64,000 nt of DNA, taken from Hydrolagus colliei (lineage: Eukaryota). Shown in pieces: positions 51,848-64,000 of the stretch. The notes beneath the pieces are model-generated. The model searched no databases. It was not told the DNA's origin and saw only the letters and a program-made list of their open reading frames with translations. The first letter of the stretch is position 1, and the number at the start of each line of letters is the position of its first letter. The DNA is taken from the NCBI GenBank assembly GCA_035084275.1, contig CM068750.1, positions 9,610,001-9,674,000 of the forward strand, written 5' to 3'. A program made the position numbers and the translations under genes.

Positions 51848-53924
51848 AAAATAGTGTATGGCACAGAGCCCTAACAACAGCAATGAAATAAATAAGTGGG
51901 ATAGACATTTAAAATGATGGAAAAATCAATATTTTAGAAAGATGTTATCTATACTGAAATGTGTCTTGTTTCTAAAGTAGTTTTTTTTTTACAAGTACAA
52001 CTACTAACATCTAATACTGTCAGTCCAGATACATAAAATGTTGGTTGTCTAATCATTAATTATTTATTTGTTCCAATGGACTTCTGCAATGTGATCATTG
52101 TTTGTTCTAACAAGTATAGGTTTTGAAGATCTTGTTCAAGTATTTGTTCATAAACTTATAGTAGATTATACTAACAATTTACACATTAATTCTTACCTTT
52201 ATATCAGTTGCATGCAACATGACTGCATATCTATCTATAAAAGCAAAATTAATAAACCACATCCTGGTATATTGCTCTGTTTGAACTTGCCATTAATTGT
52301 TTCTATAAAACAATGAGGATAATATACTGTAATCTCTATGGTTTGTTGATTCCTATACAAAAGTTATGAGAGTCATTAATTTAAAAGCTGGAGCAGGGAA
52401 GTACAATGCATTAACAGTTTTTTAATTAAAATCATTTTGATTAGAATCTTAATTTCCTATAAATCAGTTCTATTCATTTTATCTTCTAAAACATTTCTGT
52501 ATGATGATCTCCTTTTATTGTGGATAGAAAATAGAAGTGTCACTTTATTGACACATAGTTGATTTATAACTATATAAACGTCTGACAAATATATCATCAG
52601 TGTTTCTTGATCGTAATTGTAAAGTTTATTAATGATGATTATCATAAAACATTTATTGAAAAAGGTGTTAGTATTTTTTTTACCTGCACAAATGCAGATA
52701 AATACTTATTACTGAAACAAGATTAAAACAATTTTCCTGCATAACAGGTATTTACAGCATCTGAATGAAAGGATCATTAATTTTACTATCAATTAATCTG
52801 CATAGAAATTTTAGTTTAATTATCACAATTTCTTAATGTATCATATCCAATAACATAAATAATGTACCCTCCATTTTCCTAAAGATAGGATAGTGATTTC
52901 ATATGATTGGAAAAGCCAATTCCCATTAACATAATTTGCATATGCTACTTATCCTGCTTAAATTATTCTCCTTTTTGCTATGACTTTAGGATGAATAACC
53001 TTCCAAGTTTCATAAATGTAGAACAATTTGAGTTATTAATGACATTTATACAAACATTACTTTTTCTCCCCTCTTTGATTTGCTCCCATTACAAATGACA
53101 AAGTAAATTATATTAAGACTATTCGGCATTACTCCAATTATAACAGTATTGTGATAGTTTACTAATGATAACTGAGCTACCAAGAAATCTTATTGCAATA
53201 ATTGCAGCAGAGGATCAAGATCACAGCAATTCAATCTTTAAAGTGTTGACCTTCTTTACATTACCAAATGACTTATAATACCACTAAGCATTTTAGCCTT
53301 CAAGTAATATACTGCATTTCTGGTTAAGTGCAGATTCTGAATACCTAATTCTAAAGTTGTGAAATACTTTTTCACAAAATGTAGCACAATGGATAATTTC
53401 CGCCTCATTTAACTAAATGCTAAGATCAAAAGTAAGTTGAATTAACCTTTTGTCTTTTCTGATTATTATTATTAAATAAAAAGTATTATACATCACATAG
53501 TAAAATACCATGTAAACATTCATATAGATTATACAAACAATCCACCTGGATCTAGATTTACTCATAGAAGCAGTTTAGACCATCCTGAATTTAGTAAATT
53601 CTTACATAAAACCTTAGATTTGAAGTCAGTTTTCTGGGGAGCTTTTAAATTAAAAACAAATCAGTGGCCTTGAATTAGTAAAGTAAGTAATAGGGATGGA
53701 TGATCATCAAAGTGGATTTGACTATCTTGGGTTAAGTCTAAGATCTTTATTTGACTCATTTGTGGTTAGGCAATTCCATCATCAACTGCACCATCATGCA
53801 TTTATATAGCATCCTGCATGTAACGCCGTTGAAGATTTTACAGTGATGCGTCAGACACTGAGCAGTGAGGAAGGTGAGAGGAAGGAGAGAGATACAGTAA
53901 TTATACTGTAACAGGGCATTTGAA

Positions 53925-54140
53925 ATGTTAAATCTGTACGAGATTAAGGTATGATGCCACAGCAGATGTGAAATAGGCAATGTGGCAAATTTGTAGGAAA
54001 ACAATTTTAGTCAGGGACCAAATGTGAGGGAAGAAAGTCAGCTGAGAAACAAACTGAATGCTGTTGTTACGCACAAGGTGAGTGAACTGGTCAGAGAGGG
54101 TAAGAATCTCGGAAAATAGGAGCCAAGGGCAAGGAGGCAT
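53925..54140 (-). mobile_element. Decayed L2 ORF2 C-terminal fragment
   Basis: VRNNSIQFVSQLTFFPHIWSLTKIVFLQICHIA resembles the L2 motif VRNLGV.FD..LSF..HI..ITK.A.FHLRNIA. Confidence 0.65.
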
Positions 54141-54352
54141 TGGCAGAGGCTTCTATTTGGAGCTTAATAATTGGTCCTATTAGAAAAAGTGTCAGCAAAG
54201 TAATATCATTGTTTACCATGAATCTATGATCCATTTATTTCTGACAACCCCAAAGGTTTTAAAATGATTCCCCACAGTCCACTTATCTACTGCAGAGCCT
54301 CACTAGGCAGTAGTTCTATTTTCATATTACCGGAATGTCCTGTGCAAGGTAT

Positions 54353-54413
54353 TAAGCGCTCTGAGATGCCATCTGGTGTGAAATGTGCTATATATGTGCA
54401 AGTTGTTGTTGTT
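54353..54413 (+). mobile_element. L2-like 3' terminus
   Basis: taagcgctctgagatgccatctggtgtgaaatgtgctatatatgtgcaagttgttgttgtt. Confidence 0.75.
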
Positions 54414-56166
54414 ATTGGAGTGTATCCTTGCTGGGATTTTCTGAAAAGTTCTACGTCACTCTGCAAGTGACAATAACTATCAGAAACATCCAATGTTGTG
54501 GCTTTAAGTCAACTTTTGTCCAGTAAGTTTATCACAACAGGGAAGAATAAAAACAGCTGGACTACAGATGATCTCCTTGTGTAATAGTGAACTGAAGTAA
54601 AATGTATATATTTAGATACTGTAATAAAGTGCTATAAGAAGAGTACTATATGCACAAAATGAAATGAAAATAATCATTGTTATTTAAATGGTGGCCAACA
54701 CTTTTTAAAAATTATTCTTTAATAATTAATTTGTTAGAATTTCTCATCTGAATTACTTAGCTTTCCCACTTTGGTTAAAAAAAATGTTTTCCTTATTTCC
54801 CTCTGGATTAATTTTGCTTTTTTATCTGGTTGTGCTCTTCAGTCTGTGATAATCTGCAAACAAATAGCTTCAGTTTCCTCCACTTATAGGAACCTGGAGA
54901 GTTGAAGCCTGAATAAGATTACATTCAAATTTCCAACTATTGATGTATTTCATCCTTACATTTTCCATTGTATAAAATCTGCTGTTTAATTTATCATGCC
55001 TACTCTTTTTTTCAAAAAAAAGCATTATTATTCCTTGTAAGTTTACTGTACTGACGAGGAGTAACCAGCTAGGCAGGAAAATTATATTTTATATTCCTCA
55101 AATAAACAGTGAGATTTTGCATTCCCTTCAACTCTCCCTTCTCTAGTTTAATCTCTGTATTCAACATCTGTTTCAAAGAAATACATTTTATTAATCACCA
55201 AATATGATTGGAACATTACATTAATCTGAAAAATTCCTGCAGGCTATTTACATGAACATACCATTGTGTGATTTTTTTTTAAAAAAATCACATAATGTGT
55301 TCCGACTATTATCTGGACATGGCAAGCTATTAACTAATTGACCTATCTAACATGTAGGCCAATGGTAGATAATCTGCCAAAAATATGATGGGATGTGTAA
55401 AATATAAAACATGTTTGTAAATTATGCAGTAAGTGCTGAGAAATGGAAAAGGCAATCTTGATTTGGTAACACAAGACAAAAAGATGAACATGTCAAATTT
55501 CATAATGAAATGGTTGAGGCTGAAGTTAAGTAAAACATTTTGATCAAAATGATGCCAATCAAATAAATAGCGTTTATGTTTCTCAAACCTAACACCCTGT
55601 ACCATATGTTCACCTTGAATTTTAGCAGTCGAAAATGCAACATTAGCTGTGCAAGGTAGAATATAGAACAGCAAATAATGATCCAAGAAACAATTTATCT
55701 TTTTGTCCAAATCAATATCTGATGAGGGAAGTATATATTGAGACCATCCTTACCTAAACCATGGTAGCACTACAACAACCATGCCCTTGCCTAAATAAGG
55801 ATATGTGAAAAATCATGATATTTCAGTAATTAAAACAATGAACTCATGATGATGGCCAACCCTGCAGACCTGGTTTATCTCTCAATGCCCAGAAAGGCAA
55901 GGAAGAAGGTAACCACAGGTTGAAGATAAGAAAACTAGAGATGACAAAAGTAGCTGTCTTTGTAAAACACTGTTGTCATTAGGTGTCAAATAAATATTAA
56001 CCCACAATTCACTTTTACTATTTATGTATTTCCAAATCAAAGGATCACACACTAGAAATAGTCCACCCCAACAACAATTCAAAGGTTTTGAGAATGGTCA
56101 AAGTCTTCACAACTCCAGAATATTAGCAGAGCAATTTGCTTATAGTCGCTTGCAATGAGCTGCCTT

Positions 56167-56272
56167 AATAATAATAATTCTTGCATTTGATATAGCGCCT
56201 TATGACGTCTTCGAGATTTCTCAAAGTGCTTCACAGAATATATTGTAAGTGAATTAACGATATTTTTGTGGG
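56167..56272 (-). mobile_element. SINE tail fragment
   Basis: aataataataattcttgcatttgatatagcgccttatgacgtcttcgagatttctcaaagtgcttcacagaatata. Confidence 0.85.
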
Positions 56273-59200
56273 CTTGATGATAGTTTCTTATCCCATAGTT
56301 ACTTAGCTTCTTAAGCTTTGGTAAGCCTCGCACATCTGTAAATTCAGCTAGAGATCTGATTTCTATTTGTAATGTCCCTTTCAGTAATCCAATCATTGCC
56401 TTTCCCTACAGGTGGAATTGTTTTTAGCCTCAATGGTTTTGATGAGATAGTTTCCATATGAGCAAAACCCTCAAAAACAGGATGGTTTCCTCTTTGAGAA
56501 AAATCTAAACATTACAGGAGAGCAGGGAGCTGACAAGCATAAGGAATAGCTCTGGCAGCAGATGATGTCTGAACAGCAGCAAAATCTACCCATACCTATA
56601 TACTGTAATCTGAACATGTTAGCTTCTTCTCCTGATTGTTGGACTCCATTTGATTCTTCTGAGAAGCAATGAAGCTATCTCCAGCACCCAATCTTCCACC
56701 TCACATGCATCAGATCATGAAAAGAAAGTGAATATAAAATACAAAGCATTTCATTTCCTTCAGAACCATTTACTGCAAATGATTTCCAAATGTCAAGTTG
56801 TGAATCTTCATCTTATGTTCATTTATGATTTTTTTTGTGTGAGAAGAACATATTTTGAATTAAAAAGTTACACGTGATTTATTTTTAAAAGGGCAACTAT
56901 TAAGGAGTTTACTTTTTCAAATGATACATTTTGCTGGCAAAACCGTGAGTATCAATCATAATCATGTTCCATGAGTTTATTTCTGTACACGTCAAACGCT
57001 TTGCAACAAAAATGTTTCTTTGTCATGTTTAAAATCAAGGACATTAAATATGGAGATGACTGGTCAAGGCAGAGACACAAGAAAGGACGCCAGTAGAAGA
57101 CAGAAGGCACTTTAACTCGGTACAATATTAATGAAAGTTACACAAATGAGTGCTTTAAATAAAATCACCCCACTAGCAGTGCAGTAGCAATTGTGCTAAA
57201 TGTAAAATTTCCTATGAACAATAAAACATTTTGCACAAACCTTATAACTTAAAAAGATGCTACAATATCGTCCCTCTGGTGTGTGTGTGTATATATATAT
57301 AGAACGGCTTTGTAAAGAGCACTCTCATCTTTTTACAAGAATGTTGAATGATGCAGAATTGTGTACCGTGATTCAAACAACAGTCATGTTTACAGTAGGA
57401 TAGTTATGAAAAGAGTAGGTAGGAAGTTTTTGTGTCATAGTTTAATTGTTCAGCACTTGACCATATCTGGAACATGTAGCATTTCCAAAAACTCCCCATG
57501 TTTACCGAAAATTACTGCCTGCATCAATCCCTGTGTTCAAGTGCAGGTTACTTAAGGGATAGCGAATTTATCATTCCTGGATCTTTTACCACTTGACATG
57601 TTTCTACACTTTTTGTTTGCTGCCTCTTTAGGTTTTATATGGAAGCATGATAAAGCAACCGAGGTTCACGTTGCTATTCACTTACTGCTCCTTGTTTCTG
57701 CTACATCAACAACATTTTCTTTCCTTGTTGCTTTTTTTTAAAGTCGGCTCATTCCTGACAATGTTAATAATTCCTTGTATATCGTTTTCTGCAGTATGAT
57801 TTCTGACATCCAGTCCAGAAGATTCAAAAGGACCAGGCAGGTTTCTGGGGGAGTACTTTAGATGCAGAAATGCCTTGAAGACAGCAATTTATTATATTTA
57901 GGACAAGTATGACATCCCACTTCAAGGAAATGGCCTCCATACATATTGAGGAGGGTTTTGTGGTTTTGGTGGGGAGGGGGAAGTTGGTTTGAAAGAATGT
58001 CTCTGTGTTTTTAGAAAAGACATAAAGATAGGAGGCAGCATAATGAAGGCGGGAGGATAATGGATACTGGAAGAAATTTGCCTGAGGCTATGTGGCTGCT
58101 TTTCCTACTACTGCATAACTAGTATATTTATAATTCAAATACCTAGTTTTAATAATTAACTACTACCGAATATTAAAAACAAAATGTTCAGAAGATTATG
58201 CACTGATATTCAGACACACTGCATTCAAAATCGCTACTGTTAAAATATAAATAGAGAAGGATATAGAGAGGACACAACCAGCAAATATTCTGGGGCAAAA
58301 ATTGTACAAAGAAAATCTATTATAAAATTGTACGTAAATGGTTACTTTAATTTTTCTCCAGTCAGGAATAGTCTTTGCATTTTATTTTTTAAGTCTTAAA
58401 GATACTAGAAAAATCACAGCTGCAGTAAATTCTGTTGCATATTTTATTAACAGTTAAAACTACCTTCTGATCTTAAATACAGTAACAAGATTGACAAACA
58501 AATCTATCAAATGAACTTATAATTTCATTTTACTTCTTTATTTGAAATAGTAATGAACAAGATTATGGTTATAAGATTCAATAGTAAAATATTTGTCTTT
58601 AAGACTGAAATGTAAAATAATGGTGGCATTGTAGCTGGTTCAATGGTTAAGGTCAATTTAAGGCTTTGTTTCAAGTGAAAAGGCTACATTTCAGTGTTAG
58701 GGTCCAACATATAATTTAGAAACATTGTTAGCTTTACGACTTGCTTATTATTTATCTATTCTACATAATATCACAATGCCTTAATAAAGCAATAAATTGA
58801 GATATGTAAAATTCAATGATCATAGGTTCTGTTTTTCCTCTATTGTGATAACTGTAAACCACAATCATGTTGAATAAACAGAAAATGAATTAAGATTACC
58901 ATAATGAAATCTTTTATTATCTTGATAACAATAATTAAATTTCCAGAAGGAATATTATTCACTATGTATCTTTTGGTTCACCAAGATCCACAAGGTACAC
59001 AAACAATTTGAGCTTTCAGTTTGCATGTGCAGTTATTGGAGTTAAAATCAAAATACTGTAGCAGGTACCTCTTTCACACTGCAGAGGAGACACAACACAA
59101 AACACTTCTCCAGATGCCAAATCTTCTATGCTACAAACTGTCACGAGCAGAGAAAGAAGTGACTTTGGAAAAGACCAAGTTCAAATCTCTAACAAAAACA

Positions 59201-59856
59201 GCAGATGGAATATGAAGAATCTTGTTTCTATTTGGCATTACAAACGCCTGTGTGTGGGAGGTTGAAAGGGGGAGGGGGCAAGACTGAGTAGCAATGCGGG
59301 TTATTACAGTATTCTGTACTCTCTTAGTGCTCAGGCACACACTGGCCCAGTTTCCTTTCTTTGCTGTCTGCAAAGGTTCTAAGAGGTTTGGCAGTTTTGA
59401 CCACAAAACACAAGGCAGTTATGTACAGGGAGGACCTAAAGAAAAGAAGACATCAATCAGAAACCATTAGGATTGTATTGTAGGAAATGGAATAAGGTGA
59501 CGATACCATTGTTGATGGCAAATTAAGAAGAACAACGGAATCTTGCAAAACATATTATTGAATCAGGGGAAGCATCACAGCCACACTGGCAACTCATGTA
59601 TGTTTTCCAGAACAAGTCATTGGTTGAGATGGAGAGGAGGAATTCAGACTAATTTTCTCTGCCATACTTCAGGACTGCAGAAGCCAGGGCCAACTAGTTA
59701 ATTTACCACAGAACGATTGGGGAAAACACAAATGATTTATTTATAATTTTCCTTTTGTGAAACGTTTACTGAGCCACCCAGATGTCGAGAATTGAACGGA
59801 ATCACTGTGTTTTTGAAAGCAAACTAGTCTTAATAAAATTCACTTTCCTCAAAGCC

Positions 59857-59920
59857 TTTTCAGCACCTTGGGACGTCCTTCTGAGGTGAAAGGCGTTCTA
59901 TAAATGTAATTTTGTTGTTT
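59857..59920 (+). mobile_element. L2-like 3' tail fragment
   Basis: ttttcagcaccttgggacgtccttctgaggtgaaaggcgttctataaatgtaattttgttgtt. Confidence 0.75.
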
Positions 59921-60377
59921 TACACCAGTATGAATAACTCGTGACTTTTAACAATATTTTCAAAATGTTAATAATGCATTTCCTTGTTCATTCCTGGCAT
60001 TTTGTTGTGTGTGAGAAAAAAAACCACATTAAAAAAGGGATTTCAAGAAAATGTACTAAAGTAGACCTAGGTTATTGTACTCGATCGGAGCTCCCTTTGT
60101 TTAAGGCTCTACAAATTGCCCGTTTGAAAGCAAATCATCAGATTTACCTGCTACTATGTATTGCTGACAATTTTCACTTGCCATTGAACAGAGGCATATT
60201 TGGGGGAGTCCAGTCTTCTAGGTTTCTCTTCTTCATACTTTTTCATAAGAGCAAATAAAATGGTCCCCACATACTTTAGGTAAACACATACTCTTAAGGG
60301 TCTTGATACACAGAATCAAGCAAAAAAAGGAACTTTGACAAGAGCTGCGTATGACACAACAACCTTTAGAACAAAAA

Positions 60378-60535
60378 TAATCCAGAGAATGGAAAATTCA
60401 CTGCCCATAGGACAACATTATTGAACTGCTCAAAAATGAGATAAGCAGGTGTCAGACAGACACACATATCCACTTACTCTTAAGGTAAAATGATATTAAG
60501 GGATGTAGAAACAGGAGGGAAGTGGGATTTAATAA
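60378..60535 (+). mobile_element. Decayed CR1-like 3' fragment
   Basis: gaatggaaaattcactgccca..attaagggatgtagaaacaggagggaagtggga resembles a CR1 ORF2 end and 3'UTR. Confidence 0.4.
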
Positions 60536-61377
60536 AAGTTTTGGGTGTGGATTTGGATGATAAGGGCTTGTAACTGGGAGTCAACATTTTTCCTGTAGAA
60601 TTTCACGAGTTTCATTTGCTGATAAATTAACTTTTCTAGAACTCCAATTGCTATCTGGCTTCCTATCAGGGCCTCACATGTAATATTTTAACAAGTTGTA
60701 GAAGTGGACTGGAGTATGTTACAAAATTTGTTTTTCTGGTTTCTGGAAGTCATCAAGAAGAGGTGTTTGCCATCTGATCCAGGAGGAGAAGCCGAGACAA
60801 GAACAGGCCCGGAGGCTGCACAGATACCTCATTACATTTGGGGACAGACGTACAAGGAAGCAAAGGGACATGTCACTTGCATGCAAACGTCAGAAGAATA
60901 CGTATTTGCTGGTTGCTCCCTACAAGGATAGCTGCAACAGAAATCTGTAATTTGTTGGCAGAGAATTTGAGTAGTCCTGCCTGTGTGCCAATTAATTTCA
61001 CTACAGCATTAAGATGTTATGCCACTTCCAGGCTTCAGTTACTGCCGAGATTGGCATAAGTCAAATGTGAGTGTTTCAGTGTATAAATCACTTTATTATT
61101 GCATTGTGCTAACATGCTGCCCAATTCACCCAACCTTCCCAGAATGCACAGAAGTAGAGAGTCAGAGAGCGTAGAACAGTGACTGCGATAATGAGGAAAG
61201 GCTACAGATGGAGTACATCCAAGCCTTCCAGAACTGTTGACTCTTACTGCAATACTATCACTGTGGGAATATTACTAATGGAAGTTACCCTTTCTCAGCC
61301 CGAAGAGCTACAGAACTGGCTGGGCCTCGAGAATGTTCCACTTATTGTCCATTCGTGAATACTATTGGCAGTGTCAA

Positions 61378-61665
61378 GACTTCCCTGTGGCACAGAACAC
61401 AGCAGAAAACAAAATAGAGTGGTACAGAAAATCAACCAAGGTTCTCAATTCTGAATGCTATCCAACGCCCTTGCATGTGTGTGTGTGGATATCAGATGAG
61501 GACAAGATTAGAATCTGCTGTGAATTCTCCCCTCCCACCCCATGGTTGAAATAGTCCTTGTCAAGGTTGCCACAGTTCATTTGGGAAAATGACGAGATGG
61601 TAGTCAATATCCGTGGTACTCTCAACAAAGAGTCAGGATAGAAAGCAATGGGAGAAAAATTCACA
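61378..61665 (+). mobile_element. Ancient SINE relic (AmnSINE2-like)
   Basis: aaaatcaaccaaggttctc..gctatcca..gtgtgtggatatcagatgaggacaagatt..gctgtga..ccgtggtact..aagagtcag..gggagaaaaatt. Confidence 0.55.
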
Positions 61666-62831
61666 TAAAAATGACCTTGCAGACACCATAAGCTTGCAAG
61701 ATCTCTAACTAGCACATAAGCAGAATACAAATGAATTATCTTAAAGGCAAATATAAGAAATCTTAAGGCTAAACTCTGCACCCGAATTTGTTGACATAAA
61801 ATTAAAATTAAAATAAAATGGTTAAAACCTATTTTTCTCCATAAATACAGTTACCCCAGCCATGATGGGGGATGTCAGTTGTTTTTATGCTGAGTGACTT
61901 CAGCTTCTCAACTTGCACTGTAATGACACCACAGAGAGAGTGATAAAACAACAGTGATTCAGTCTCACTTTTCACAAGGTGGCATTTAGCTGCTCTCTAA
62001 CGTAATTCTCTTCTAGATCACAAACCAGATCTATACTGGGTTTCAGCATTGTTTAACACCCTTTCAGTATTGAATCAACACTATACGAATATAGAATAAA
62101 TGGGATATTAATATAGAACTATTACTTCTGAGTTGAAAGCAATTAGTTCCCTTTGATTTCAAGCCCAAGACGTTTCATCCAGTGGCCTTGCTGGGAACTG
62201 ACAAAACTCATTCAACCATAAGATTAATTCTTTTTGCAACTATAAATTGATTTCTAAAACGTTGCCTGGTTTGGTGTTTATACCTAAAATATTCAGCTCA
62301 GTTGTGAGCATATACAACTAAAGTACATATACATTAGCTCTTTCATATTAACATTCTCTGATAAATCACAATTTCTGATGTAAAACAACTTTTACACACA
62401 CCATCCCATAGATAAACTTTTAAAAATGCTGACAACAGCATGTTTTTTTATAGCAACCAACCAAATAGTCTCAGAGTAAAGTACTATAACAGCAAAGCAA
62501 TCAATAATGTGTGACTCATTGACTTTTCAATATTTCATACAAGGTTGCACAGAAGATCTATCCCCCCCCCCCACACACAATTGCTGTAGTCACGCCCTAA
62601 CATAATACTGTACAACAGTCCTGGGTGGTTGATATATGAACTGTGAATCTGCAAACGGGATCCAACAACAAATTATCTAAAAGAAATTCTGGTTGGTTGT
62701 ATAAAAAAGTTAACCAGTCACTTAAAAACAGAATACCCATACATCAGCACACACCAAAAAAGTTTCATGTTTAGCTTTATCAGTTCTGTACTCTTAAATC
62801 CCAGTGTAAGCAATTCTGCTAGATCTAGGCT

Positions 62832-63010
62832 TAATAATAATCCTTCCATTTGCTACAATGCCTTATTATATTGAGATGTCCCAAAGTACTTCATAGAATA
62901 TACTCCACAGTGGAATAACTGTATATTTTATGGGTAAAATCCACAGCCAATTGTGCACAACAGTATCCCACAACCAGTCGTGAATTGAGTAACCAAGTTA
63001 TTATTATTAT
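62832..63010 (-). mobile_element. SINE 3' half
   Basis: taataataatccttccatttg..cccaaagtacttcatagaatatac..cagccaattgtgcacaacagtatcccacaa. Confidence 0.8.
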
Positions 63011-63944
63011 GTTTTTTCCTCCATGCACACAATTGGATTCTGTTTGCCAGGGTCTGGACACCCAGCGTCCACCTACATATCAAAGCCACAATGCAGATAA
63101 ACATACATGCCACATAATGCACAAAACCAAACATCTGAGAATAGGTATGAAGAATTGGAAGAGATAAGGAAGAGAACTCTTACATTCTGATGTGCAATAG
63201 AATGCAAGCAGACCAACTCAAGATTGTACACCAAATATAACCAAATATAACACCAAATATATCATGCCAGTCTGCTTGGTCTGATGGGTATTCAAGCTAA
63301 CATGTGTGTCTCCTTTCCTGTTGTATATCATATGTTTTCCCACTCCCCAGTATCCAATTAAACTGGCATATATCCAGACACCTGCTCAATGTTTGCCTGT
63401 TTAATTGAATAATCAAGGCTAAGAAAAAATATCTGTCAAGAAGCCACACAACTAGCTTTCCCCTACAAATACAACGCATAGAAAATATCCCAATGTCCCC
63501 ATCTGTGCAAGCAGTAGACTAATAGAAGAGGGATGAAGTCAATCTTATCTGATTCACCACTTCATATTCTGATGAGAGAAAAAGGATCTTAATTATTCTC
63601 TAAGCAAAAATAAGATTAGCCACATAATAATTCCCATATAGTTCTAGCTCAATACCTGACAGTCTCCTTCTTTCTTGCCCCCACCCCCACCAAAAAAAGT
63701 TCATCACCTCTGTGATCAGATTGCCTTGGTCCCGCATTGGTGTAGCTCTGGATATATATTAACAACTCAATGTTTCAAAGTACTGTATATGTCCACAAAT
63801 ACTCTTCGCTATGAATTTTCCAGACAAGTAAATATTCTGGGACTCAATTTAGATTAGACTGGACCATTCTGAAAATAGAAGATATTTTTAAGCTGCATTC
63901 TTGAAGCTGCACTCTCCAATAAATGTTCTTTTTTGACTTTAAAG

Positions 63945-64000
63945 TTTGTGGGGAAAACCTGGAAACCAGTTTGCACACAGCAATGTCCCACAAACAGATA
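63945..64000 (-). mobile_element. SINE fragment running off the window
   Basis: tttgcacacagcaatgtcccacaaacag is the reverse complement of the Deu 3' part. Confidence 0.65.

Noticed and set aside
59100-59220. Possible LINE RT remnant (..SRWNMK..)
   Set aside because: Too degenerate to support by eye

Overview
AT-rich, CpG-depleted vertebrate genomic DNA. The repeats resemble those of cartilaginous fish (chimaera/elephant shark-like), but the species is an inference. I recognise no intact protein-coding gene, rRNA, functional tRNA or CRISPR array. The supplied ORFs look like chance frames or decayed transposon remnants; the longest (174 aa, 10682-11206) lies over a Deu-type SINE. The window holds many tRNA-derived SINEs in at least two architectures sharing one L2-like tail, plus L2/CR1 LINE fragments, ancient AmnSINE2/LF-SINE-like relics, small DNA-transposon relics and a 204-nt assembly gap. 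Two long, nearly repeat-free blocks (~15.4-27.3 kb and ~38.8-44.9 kb) are rich in homeodomain/TALE/posterior-Hox motifs and look like conserved non-coding enhancer arrays in a gene desert or large intron. A few well-bounded minus-strand exon candidates hint at a spliced non-coding transcript. I found no convincing novel biological system. Repeat family names are recalled from consensus sequences and need Dfam/Repbase confirmation.
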